Of a stretch of 64,000 nucleotides of DNA, positions 53,941 to 62,548 are shown piece by piece. The DNA lies in the IMG/VR virus record IMGVR_UViG_3300020463_000008, positions 1-64,000 of that record; one strand, given 5' to 3'. Under the pieces are notes generated by a model that searched no databases, had not been told where the DNA came from, and saw only the letters and a program-made list of their open reading frames with translations. The stretch's first letter is position 1. Every line of letters starts with the position of its first letter. Source of the stretch: a virus. The translations under genes were made by a program, and so were the position numbers.

Positions 53941-55198
53941 CTTTTTGATAGGTGTATATTAAATTTTTAGCAATAGGATTGTTTACAGTTAATTGTGGTT
54001 CAGTCATCTTAGTAAGTTCTCTTCTAGATAAAGCATCACATTCAAACTTAGCATCTTCTGTTTTTAATTGTACAGGTGGAGTCTTTTGCGTCCAAGCACT
54101 TGGACCTCTTAAGAAACCAACTATATTCATTTCAGAAGCAACCTTACAGAAACGAATAGCTGATACAACTACACCTCCTGAGTTTGGCGAATCTTGTACT
54201 GACATCCTTGCTGACATTTCATATCTAGCACCACCAAAACCATAAGCAACTATATCTAAGTTGGCAATCTTATTATCAGAGCCAACATATGTTCCTCCAG
54301 GTTTTTGGAATACTGTTAAACTTGGACCAGCATATAAAGTCATTCCTGCAGTAGATTCATCTCTAACTACATTCTGACCTTTTAAAACATTCTCTTTAGA
54401 AATATGTTTAGATTTTAATCTTTCTTTATAAGCCATATTCAAGAAGTCAGTATTTGCTGTTCTTCCTGTTCTAATATTTTCTTGACCTTGTGTAGATCCT
54501 GCTGCCATATTCATTTGAATATGTTGCGTCACTTGTAAACCTGAATCCAACATCGCACCCTGTAATACTTCAGATAATCTAGAAGCACCCCATGCCGATC
54601 TCATATCAGATCCTACAATAGTAAGATTAGAGTCAATAAACTTTTGTTCTATGACTTTTGTTTTTTCAGTTTCAATAAGTGTTGGAATACAGTTTACGAA
54701 ATGAACACCAGCAAGTATTGCTGCATCTATATAGAACTCTGTTGCTTTTTCAGAACCAACAGGAAGATAATTTATAATTACATCAACCTTGTGGTTTTTT
54801 AATTTAGCAGCAACCTGTCCTTTAGATAAAGCAGTTTCTGCTCCTGTTCTAAATGAAACATTTTCTGGATAGTCAAGCATGTGTGAAGCAACACCATCTA
54901 GTTCTGGACTAGAATAAACCATACTGTCTTGTGATACACATGTATAATCTATTTCTTCTACATGATGCATAGCACAGTTTGGTTCTGCTCTTAATGCTTG
55001 TGCTAATGGTTTCCCAACTTTCCTAGGATCTACATCGAAGCCACAAACGAATTCGATATCATTTACAGTGTATCCTCCAATATCTGGATACATTAAACCT
55101 ATTTTATCTTGGGGATTTTGAATATAATATTGTACACCTTCAACTAATGACTTTGCACAATTACCAGTGCCAATGATGGCGACCTTAATTTTTGACAT
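53921..55198 (-). CDS. ino1: myo-inositol-1-phosphate synthase
   Basis: IKVAIIGTGNCAKSLVEG, GFDVDPRKVGK, INYLPVGSEKA, FVNCIP, NTDFLNM..RLKSKHISK, DNKIA, VQDSPNSGGVV. Confidence 0.92.
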   Translation of the reverse strand: MSKIKVAIIGTGNCAKSLVEGVQYYIQNPQDKIGLMYPDIGGYTVNDIEFVCGFDVDPRKVGKPLAQALRAEPNCAMHHVEEIDYTCVSQDSMVYSSPELDGVASHMLDYPENVSFRTGAETALSKGQVAAKLKNHKVDVIINYLPVGSEKATEFYIDAAILAGVHFVNCIPTLIETEKTKVIEQKFIDSNLTIVGSDMRSAWGASRLSEVLQGAMLDSGLQVTQHIQMNMAAGSTQGQENIRTGRTANTDFLNMAYKERLKSKHISKENVLKGQNVVRDESTAGMTLYAGPSLTVFQKPGGTYVGSDNKIANLDIVAYGFGGARYEMSARMSVQDSPNSGGVVVSAIRFCKVASEMNIVGFLRGPSAWTQKTPPVQLKTEDAKFECDALSRRELTKMTEPQLTVNNPIAKNLIYTYQKGETDYE

Positions 55199-55278
55199 AT
55201 TGTTTCTCCTTTATATCAGTTTATTAGAGTGTGATATTTGACTGGATCAGAGTAGCACACTTTTCAATATATATAAGA

Positions 55279-55307
55279 ATTCTATACTAGAATTTCTTAA
55301 AAGTAAA
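55279..55307 (-). promoter_or_regulatory. sigma70-like phage promoter for the ino1-HAD-kinase unit
   Basis: TTTACT-TTTAAGAAATTCTAGTA-TAGAAT. Confidence 0.7.
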
Positions 55308-56481
55308 CCTCCAAGCCAACTTTTTCTCCTGCCATTTTTGCTTGATATGCATCAATACATTTGACTGCTTCTTTTTCAAAAGCACCCTTGTTGTAGAACC
55401 AATTAGGATCCATTCCAGTTTCCTTATACATATCTGGCATAAATGGATAATCTTCATGGAGATTAATCATCTGACCAGTCTTTTTACATAAATCTCTTAG
55501 GGCAAGACTTTCCCTTTTTTTCTGTACGAGTGGATGATGTTTAGCAACAGCATCTTCAAAGAAAGCATCATAGTTCACTATGCCTTCCCATTGTTCTTTT
55601 AAAAATGTTCCTCTAGAATAATGGTCACCTGAAGAGTGTCCACCATAATCGCCACCAAGCATTAGTTTCTTATATTGACATAGATGAGATTCTAAAAGAA
55701 AATTTGTAAGAACTTTAGAATTTTTATCTGATATAGAATCTTTGGCTTTAGCATAAATATATTTTTCTTCATTATGTACATTTTCCATATCATTACTTGA
55801 TAGCTTTGCACCTTTGGCTTCAATAAGATTATCCCAACCTTTTAAATAACAAAGACCAGATCTAACACTCCAGTTAGATTTGTCAGTAGCCAACATTGTT
55901 TCTGGCTCTAAAGGTACTTCAGCTGTTTCTTTTAATGCTTGACAAAATAACCATGTAGTCATTCTACCATATTTATGTATCTTCTGTGCTTCCTCATACA
56001 TATTAAAAAAAGATTGACTTGGGTCATCTACTAATTGATTGTCTACCCATGCTTTAATAGAACCATAAGGCATAATCAATTCTTGCATAGATTTTACTTG
56101 TTCAGCAATTCTACCTTTATTATATTTTGTATCACGAGCATATCTTTGTTTATCTAAATGCTCAACATTCCATTCTTCTAATTCTTTTATATTAATTTCA
56201 AATAGATTTGGGAAGTTCCAATATATTGCCCAAGCCATTTCTGTTTGATAAGTACAACCAAATATTAAAGAGTACCAGAGTTTCTGTTCCTCAGTCATAG
56301 GTTTTTGTGTAGGGGATTTATCGCCAGTTGCATCACGATAAGTGTTAGCTGGCATGTAGTGGTCAAGATCGTTATAAGTTAGTCGCCAATCTAACCATAA
56401 TAAGAATCCTTGTTCTCTATTCTCAGGGAGTCGCCAATCTTTATATTCTTTATCTTTATTATCTGGGTGTAAATATTTCAT
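55297..56481 (-). CDS. amino-acid:DNA-transferase-like protein (aGPT-Pplase2 / HhH-fold base-modification family)
   Basis: DWRLPENR..F..W; EQKLWYSLIFGCTY; DTKYNKG; KYGRMTTW; SVRSGL; LESHLCQYKK. Confidence 0.72.
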   Translation of the reverse strand: MKYLHPDNKDKEYKDWRLPENREQGFLLWLDWRLTYNDLDHYMPANTYRDATGDKSPTQKPMTEEQKLWYSLIFGCTYQTEMAWAIYWNFPNLFEINIKELEEWNVEHLDKQRYARDTKYNKGRIAEQVKSMQELIMPYGSIKAWVDNQLVDDPSQSFFNMYEEAQKIHKYGRMTTWLFCQALKETAEVPLEPETMLATDKSNWSVRSGLCYLKGWDNLIEAKGAKLSSNDMENVHNEEKYIYAKAKDSISDKNSKVLTNFLLESHLCQYKKLMLGGDYGGHSSGDHYSRGTFLKEQWEGIVNYDAFFEDAVAKHHPLVQKKRESLALRDLCKKTGQMINLHEDYPFMPDMYKETGMDPNWFYNKGAFEKEAVKCIDAYQAKMAGEKVGLEVYF

Positions 56482-57209
56482 CGTTTATATAGAGTATCCA
56501 TACCCCATATGTTTCTGTACTTAACTTCTTCACCTAAGAACATTACTTGCTTATCTCCTGGGACTAAATTTAATTGTTCTTGTAAAGGTTTGAAACCTTG
56601 CTCAATAAATTTGGCTCGTTGATTGCTTTCATAATCTGATAGTATTCTATCTGACCAGTGGAACTCTAAAGACATCTGTTTGATACTTTCAGGAATAAAC
56701 CAATCTGGTTCAAAGATACGATATTCTTCACCCTCAACATCACACTTTAAATGTGTTGGTTGGTAAATATCAAATAATTTTTTTGCTTGTACTGTTGGAA
56801 CTTTGACTTGATTTTTTCTCATGTTCTTCGCAGCATTACTTTTTGGATTAGTAGTGCCTGAACAAAATTCTTGTTTACTTCCTGTTAGATATAAAGTTAT
56901 CTCAGGAATATCTTGAGTAGTGACTGCAGCATTAATTAAACAAAATCTTTCATCATGCCCTAGATTCTTTTCACATACTTCAAAATTTTCAGGATGACAT
57001 TCTACACCAATATATTGTTTTATATTTGTATCAAGTAGCATTCTTCCGAAAGCACCTATGTTCATGCCCCAGTCCATAACTATGGCACCATCAAGATTAT
57101 CAAAGTTTGAATAATTAGACAGGCATTGATTTACCATATCTTTATCTACATTAAGACCTTTGCCATCAATCTCACGAATGTATGTGTTTTTAAATATTCT
57201 ATAATCCAT
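56478..57209 (-). CDS. FkbM-family SAM-dependent methyltransferase
   Basis: VMDWGMNIGAF, VECHPENF, INAAV, LKCDVEGEEY, LEFH. Confidence 0.88.
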   Translation of the reverse strand: MDYRIFKNTYIREIDGKGLNVDKDMVNQCLSNYSNFDNLDGAIVMDWGMNIGAFGRMLLDTNIKQYIGVECHPENFEVCEKNLGHDERFCLINAAVTTQDIPEITLYLTGSKQEFCSGTTNPKSNAAKNMRKNQVKVPTVQAKKLFDIYQPTHLKCDVEGEEYRIFEPDWFIPESIKQMSLEFHWSDRILSDYESNQRAKFIEQGFKPLQEQLNLVPGDKQVMFLGEEVKYRNIWGMDTLYKR

Positions 57210-58510
57210 TAAAAGAAATCTGCTAGAGAGGAAGATTGACTGTCAGGGTGGTATTGAGAAACCACATCACTTCCTAGTTTACTTTCAAGAAAGTCATACC
57301 ATTCTTTCTCATCCCACATCCCAGGACTAATACCATTCCAAAGTTTTCTTTGTAGAGGATGTTCTTTATTAGTTCTACGAGCAATAACATAATCTTCACG
57401 AGCTCGTTCATAATCCCAGCTTCCTAGTTCTAACATCTTCTCTCTGAAATAACATACGAAAGATATTCGTTCAGCACTTTCATCTTCCATAACCATTGGT
57501 GTATTACCATGTATTCCTTCATGATTATTAATTAATAACAAATCTCCAGGACGAATATTAATAGCAACTTTATATTCAGGAAGTATTAGATACCCACCAG
57601 AATATTTACCATTATTTGATACGACTGTAAGATTAGAGAATCCTTCATGTAAATCACCAAAGTCTCGATGATAAGCTGTTCTGAAAGTTTTATTAACAGT
57701 AGCAGTAGTAAATGGTGTCCCAGGAATAATAAACTTTGAATCTAGTTTATCACATGCTTCCATTTGTTTACCATACCTGACTGGCAATAGTTCTTCAAAT
57801 CCTTTAGATAATTGTTGTAAGAAAGGGAATCCTTGTTTAAACTTCTCAGGATTATCTCTAGTGAAAGTTGTAGGACGACCAAAAGGAATACGAGGATATC
57901 TATCAAAGAATCCTGCGATACCTGAGAAAACTGAATTAGCATAAGAAGTTGTAGATGTTAATTTATCATTTACTCTTGTTGCTTCTGTAATCATTTCATC
58001 TCTAGGCAATACTCTTACTTCCTCAACCCAGTTTTCAAATACGAAATCTTCTTCAGCTACTTTCTGTGCCAACCAGACTTTACCACGACTGTCATCGGCA
58101 ATCTTTTCTCTACCTTTATATTCTTGTCGTATAGCTTCTACAGGATCCGAGCCATCAAGTGTAGCTGATGGTGACATAAAATATTGTAGTAAAGCATTAT
58201 GATAATTAGTGACCCAATCTCTAGTTCCTAGAGCAACTGTTTTTTCACTACCTGCTGCGAGACCACGATTCTCAGTGGCACCTGCTGCTTCACGCAAACC
58301 ATTATATGCTTCATCTTGTTGTTCTTGTGTAAACCAATTTTTTCTAAACTTAAATATAATATTGGCTTCAGAGTTTTCTTCACCCATAGGAGTGGGTGCA
58401 TAAAAGTCGCAATCCCAATCACACAATAATTCATAATCATTTTCGTCCCCAAATAATCCTAGCTTGTCTTCACAATCAAATTTCTTTGGTGCTGTTATTA
58501 CTTTTGTCAT
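57209..58510 (-). CDS. TET/JBP-family 2OG-Fe(II) 5-methylpyrimidine dioxygenase
   Basis: NRGLAAG, SGIAGFFDRYPR, PFTTATVNKTFRTAYHRD.GD, GGYLILPEY, GDLLL, HGNT, RISFVCYFRE. Confidence 0.88.
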   Translation of the reverse strand: MTKVITAPKKFDCEDKLGLFGDENDYELLCDWDCDFYAPTPMGEENSEANIIFKFRKNWFTQEQQDEAYNGLREAAGATENRGLAAGSEKTVALGTRDWVTNYHNALLQYFMSPSATLDGSDPVEAIRQEYKGREKIADDSRGKVWLAQKVAEEDFVFENWVEEVRVLPRDEMITEATRVNDKLTSTTSYANSVFSGIAGFFDRYPRIPFGRPTTFTRDNPEKFKQGFPFLQQLSKGFEELLPVRYGKQMEACDKLDSKFIIPGTPFTTATVNKTFRTAYHRDFGDLHEGFSNLTVVSNNGKYSGGYLILPEYKVAINIRPGDLLLINNHEGIHGNTPMVMEDESAERISFVCYFREKMLELGSWDYERAREDYVIARRTNKEHPLQRKLWNGISPGMWDEKEWYDFLESKLGSDVVSQYHPDSQSSSLADFF

Positions 58511-59898
58511 ACTTTGAACCCTTCTAAATTCATTCTTTCACCAGCTTCACTTTTGTCGAAAACAGCTCCGACATCTTTTTCTTCTTGCCCTGCGTCCATT
58601 ATATTAGTTTGTGCTGATGACTCTACATTATATAATCGCATCTTATTCTTATCAACTCCGACCACGAATCTTTTATAATAGTTTGGATCAGAATATCTAT
58701 TCTTAAGTTGCTTAATCATCCATTGTCCCATATTGTCTAGTTCTTCACTAGCAATAATTGCGAACATTAAGTCAGCAGTTGCTGGTAAACCAAAAGACTC
58801 CGAAGTATCTTCAAGACCAACATCTGTATTATTATAACCACCTCTTGTCGTTTGAGTAGCTGATACGAGAGGACAATTATATTCAACTGCCAGTCCTCTA
58901 AGTTCTTCGGCAATAGATTTAATGTAAGAATATGTATTTACATTAGATCCCATCTTTAATCTTTGTGAAGCACAGATATTCAAATAGTCAATGAATATAA
59001 TATCTGGCTTGAAACCTTTTTTCATTTTTAGTTCTTCAAGTAATGCTCTGAAGTGACCAGCATGAGCAGACCCTGTAGGATATTCTTTTACAATTAATTT
59101 ACCTTTGTTTGTATCTTTAATTTTATTAATTCTTTTACTGAAGATCCCATGGTCAATAACTTTAATTTCATCCATACCCAAGTTCAATAAGTTTGCGTCA
59201 ATCCTTTCAGATATTTTTTCTTCAGCCATCTCCATAGTAATATAAAGAACATTCATACCCTCAGCCAAAACTGATGAAGCATGATGACACATAAACAAAG
59301 ATTTACCAACACCTGTACCAGCCATAGCAATGTTAAGAGTTTTTTTACTCAAGCCACCTCTAGTAATAGTATTCAATAAATCAATATCAAACTTAATCTT
59401 CTCTTCAACTTTATGATAAAATTCAAACCTGTCGTCAGCATCTTCTAGATAATCATGACCAACAGAATTATCAAAACAAACACCCAAAGCATCCTGCATC
59501 ATTTTAGGAATAGCATCTTTGGTATGTACTTTATCTCTACCATCAATAATCTTAATAGCATCCATAACAGTATTATATACTGCTCTTTCCTTACACCATT
59601 CTTCAGTCTTATCATATAACCAAGTTTCATTTACTGGATTATTTTCTTTTAATTCTGAAACTTTATCTTGAATAGATTTATGGTCGTTTTCAAATAAGTC
59701 TTTACGATTAAAGACCTCGTTGGCAATCATGTCTGGATTAGGAACATTATTATATGTAAGGAATAATTTTGTATATTCCTCAAACAATATTCTTTCATTG
59801 CGTTCTTCAAAGTATTCAGGCTTGATGAATGGAATCACCTTGCGTGAGAACTCGTCATTATGTAATAGATTATTTAAGATAGTTTCTTCAATACGCAT
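58507..59898 (-). CDS. replicative DNA helicase (T4 gp41)
   Basis: AGTGVGKSL, ITMEMAEE, KEYPT, IDYLNIC, SATQTTR, SESFGLPATAD, QLKNRY. Confidence 0.97.
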   Translation of the reverse strand: MRIEETILNNLLHNDEFSRKVIPFIKPEYFEERNERILFEEYTKLFLTYNNVPNPDMIANEVFNRKDLFENDHKSIQDKVSELKENNPVNETWLYDKTEEWCKERAVYNTVMDAIKIIDGRDKVHTKDAIPKMMQDALGVCFDNSVGHDYLEDADDRFEFYHKVEEKIKFDIDLLNTITRGGLSKKTLNIAMAGTGVGKSLFMCHHASSVLAEGMNVLYITMEMAEEKISERIDANLLNLGMDEIKVIDHGIFSKRINKIKDTNKGKLIVKEYPTGSAHAGHFRALLEELKMKKGFKPDIIFIDYLNICASQRLKMGSNVNTYSYIKSIAEELRGLAVEYNCPLVSATQTTRGGYNNTDVGLEDTSESFGLPATADLMFAIIASEELDNMGQWMIKQLKNRYSDPNYYKRFVVGVDKNKMRLYNVESSAQTNIMDAGQEEKDVGAVFDKSEAGERMNLEGFKV

Positions 59899-59905
59899 AA
59901 TTTAT

Positions 59906-59934
59906 ATTCTATCTGAAAAAAAGTTAAAAGTCAA
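59906..59934 (-). promoter_or_regulatory. sigma70-like promoter for gp41 and the base-modification genes
   Basis: TTGACT-TTTAACTTTTTTTCAGA-TAGAAT. Confidence 0.7.
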
Positions 59935-60476
59935 GAATCGTCCTGTATCGGCTCAATCTCATCTTGCATTTGTTTGGAATATGTATAGGTCTCTGGCTCA
60001 ACTGCTTTGATTGCTTCTTTCATTTCATCTTCGCCACCTCTGAAAAGAACTTGCTTCTCAGCCATTTGTTCTTTTATCATAGCCATTAAAAAGTCACCAA
60101 GTATTTTTTCAACTTCAACCTTTGGTACTGTCCTATATTTATCTGGACCCTCGATCTCATAATTGTAATCAAGTTTAATAGTTTCATCCTCAGTGGGTTG
60201 AAATGCTACTTTACCAAAGGAAACAATCTTATCCTGTAAAATACCCTCTGTGATTTTAAGTTTCATAAACCCTTGTTCGTTGGTTTCTTCTAAGACTTCG
60301 TGGGGTAATTGTTCCTGAGCAGTTGCTCGCAACTTGTCAGTATGATAATTTTTAGTTTCCCATTCTTCTTTTGCTTTTAGATAATCCTCTTCCGAGACAT
60401 AATCATTAGCAGAATGAATAGGTAGATATTCCTTGGGGTTATTCCCCTGAATTATCTCGCTCAACTTCTTTTTCAT
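59931..60476 (-). CDS. gp40-like head-assembly chaperone (by synteny)
   Basis: Lies between uvsX and 41 as T4 gene 40 does; LKITEG..VSFGKV..LDYNY..ILGDFL. Confidence 0.55.
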   Translation of the reverse strand: MKKKLSEIIQGNNPKEYLPIHSANDYVSEEDYLKAKEEWETKNYHTDKLRATAQEQLPHEVLEETNEQGFMKLKITEGILQDKIVSFGKVAFQPTEDETIKLDYNYEIEGPDKYRTVPKVEVEKILGDFLMAMIKEQMAEKQVLFRGGEDEMKEAIKAVEPETYTYSKQMQDEIEPIQDDS

Positions 60477-61500
60477 CTATTTCCTCTAATGTAGATCCAC
60501 CATACATAAATTTAGTTTTTGTAAAGGCATCTATTTGTTTAAGAACATCTTCAGTAAAATACTTTTCAGGATCGTTGGCGATATGCTTACCGAAAACTTT
60601 TTTTCCATCAACAGTAATCCTACCACCAGCAGCATCCCAGATACCTGCTTCAACTGCAAGATCTGTTAGTCCATGATAACGAGAAAGTCCTTTCTCAAAG
60701 TTAAGTTTGCATTCTACTTTAGAATTCTCTTTAGTGAATCTAGATTTTTGTGTAGTACATCTAATAATATTTCCGACAACTTCTGTACCATCTTTATCTT
60801 TACTCTTACCCAAGAACACGATTGTAGATGCAGCATACTTTAAGCCACCTCCACCACCCATGTCTTTCATAGGAACATAAGATCCGATAACATCGTAAGT
60901 ATGATTTGTCACAATCATTGGTACATCAAGCTGTGCTAGTTTTAGACTCAATACTCTGAAAGCACCTCTAACTAATTGTGCTCTCGTCATATCACGAGTA
61001 TCTTTGCCCTCTGCCACATCTGCTACTTCTTTGGTGGTTGAAAGCATACCAAGTGAGTCCAAACAAAATAGGATTGGCTTCCTAGCTGGTTCTGGTACAT
61101 TTTTATGGTTTTCAAGTATTCGCACAGCTTGAGTACGAAACTCCTGAATAGTAGTGACAGGAACAATCACGAACCTGTTAGAATCAATATCTCTATCTTC
61201 GAGGATCTGCTTAGTAAGAGCACCCTCTGTTTCAAAATATATAACACCTGCTTCTTTATCCATGTCTAGAAAGTTTTTAGCAACTCCTAGAGCAAAGAAT
61301 GTTTTTCCTGTAGAACTTTCACCAGCAAGGGCAGTGACCTTGTTTCCTGGGAGTCCACCATATATAGATCCACTTAATAAAGCATTAAATGCGTAAGACC
61401 CTGTGTCAACAAAGTGAACATCAGAGTCTAAAGCATTTTCCGCAAGTCCTGCGTACTCATTATCAAGATTATCTATAAGGTCGTTTAAATAACCAACCAT
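60439..61500 (-). CDS. uvsX: RecA-like recombinase UvsX
   Basis: [50 protein letters not shown]. Confidence 0.96.
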   Translation of the reverse strand: MVGYLNDLIDNLDNEYAGLAENALDSDVHFVDTGSYAFNALLSGSIYGGLPGNKVTALAGESSTGKTFFALGVAKNFLDMDKEAGVIYFETEGALTKQILEDRDIDSNRFVIVPVTTIQEFRTQAVRILENHKNVPEPARKPILFCLDSLGMLSTTKEVADVAEGKDTRDMTRAQLVRGAFRVLSLKLAQLDVPMIVTNHTYDVIGSYVPMKDMGGGGGLKYAASTIVFLGKSKDKDGTEVVGNIIRCTTQKSRFTKENSKVECKLNFEKGLSRYHGLTDLAVEAGIWDAAGGRITVDGKKVFGKHIANDPEKYFTEDVLKQIDAFTKTKFMYGGSTLEEIDEKEVERDNSGE

Positions 61501-61519
61501 ATATTATTCTCCTATTAAA

Positions 61520-62086
61520 TTAAACTTCATTCTTAGTCGGCTCAACAATAACTGGCTCTAATTTATTCATTTGAATATTAGGTGCCAATCTATTTTTGTT
61601 TTCCGACCATTTCAATCCAACATATACTCTATACAAACCATCGGCTGTAATGAATACATCTTTATTCCATTCTTCGTATCCTGGAAGAGAAGTTGGTGAA
61701 ATAATATTATTTGTTTGAGAGGTAGATCTTTCAATCATTAGATCCTCTCCTTCACCAGATCCTTCTTCTTTATATATAGATTCATTTTGAGTGATTCTAC
61801 CATTTACTTGGTCAGCTAAATCCGACTTCGCAATAGTAGTAGCTTTATCTAGAGCAAACTGTAAGTCATAAGATACAGAAGAACCAACACCATAAATGTA
61901 TTCGTTAGCATCCCTGTTTCTAATTATGCCTTTTTTAACATCGTGGTCTAAGTACCAAGTCGGCACTTTATTTAGAACACCATCTCTATTAGCTTCTTGA
62001 GTTATCTTAGTTGTCGAACACGCACTCACAAATAAAGCGAGCATTCCAACTAAGATTATTGTTTTAAAATTTTGAAACGATGACAT
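61520..62086 (-). CDS. lipoprotein (LPP20-like)
   Basis: Lipobox VSAC; VPTWY; YGVGSS..A.DKA...AK. Confidence 0.75.
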   Translation of the reverse strand: MSSFQNFKTIILVGMLALFVSACSTTKITQEANRDGVLNKVPTWYLDHDVKKGIIRNRDANEYIYGVGSSVSYDLQFALDKATTIAKSDLADQVNGRITQNESIYKEEGSGEGEDLMIERSTSQTNNIISPTSLPGYEEWNKDVFITADGLYRVYVGLKWSENKNRLAPNIQMNKLEPVIVEPTKNEV

Positions 62087-62183
62087 GGTAAACCTCCTTC
62101 ACGATTTCAATTATGTTATTAGCAATATCAGGATAAAAATAAGTGAGAGCAATCCCGATACTGATTCCAATAATATATTTCAT
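62064..62183 (-). CDS. small membrane protein (39 aa)
   Basis: Manual translation MKYIIGISIGIALTYFYPDIANNIIEIVKEVYHVIVSKF; AGGAG RBS. Confidence 0.55.
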   Translation of the reverse strand: MKYIIGISIGIALTYFYPDIANNIIEIVKEVYHVIVSKF

Positions 62184-62197
62184 TATATAATTATCTC

Positions 62198-62491
62198 CTA
62201 GTTCATTTCAGTAATTACTTTAACAAAAACAGAATACATCATCAGTTGTGCAGCTTCATATAGTAAGGCATCAGTTGCGTTAGCATCTGGGTCAAACTTT
62301 TGATGTCCCATTTTAGTCTCTTCCTTACAAGTAGTCGTCTGTATCTCAGATACGATAATACCATTCTGTACGATTTGAGTTGTCTCAGTTGTACAGTTTG
62401 GACCATATACCTTTGTCAGAGGAGCAGTGTAAGCTGGAGGAGAACACATAGTTATCCCCAGAAAGACCATTAATGTAATTACTTTATTCAT
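62198..62491 (-). CDS. exported hypothetical protein
   Basis: Signal peptide, Cys pair. Confidence 0.65.
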   Translation of the reverse strand: MNKVITLMVFLGITMCSPPAYTAPLTKVYGPNCTTETTQIVQNGIIVSEIQTTTCKEETKMGHQKFDPDANATDALLYEAAQLMMYSVFVKVITEMN

Positions 62492-62499
62492 TATCAGTA

Positions 62500-62528
62500 A
62501 TATTACTTGAAAAAAACTTAAAAGTAAA
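62500..62528 (-). promoter_or_regulatory. sigma70-like phage promoter
   Basis: TTTACT-TTTAAGTTTTTTTCAAG-TAATAT. Confidence 0.68.
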
Positions 62529-62548
62529 CCAGTGGTAAGTCATTGAAA

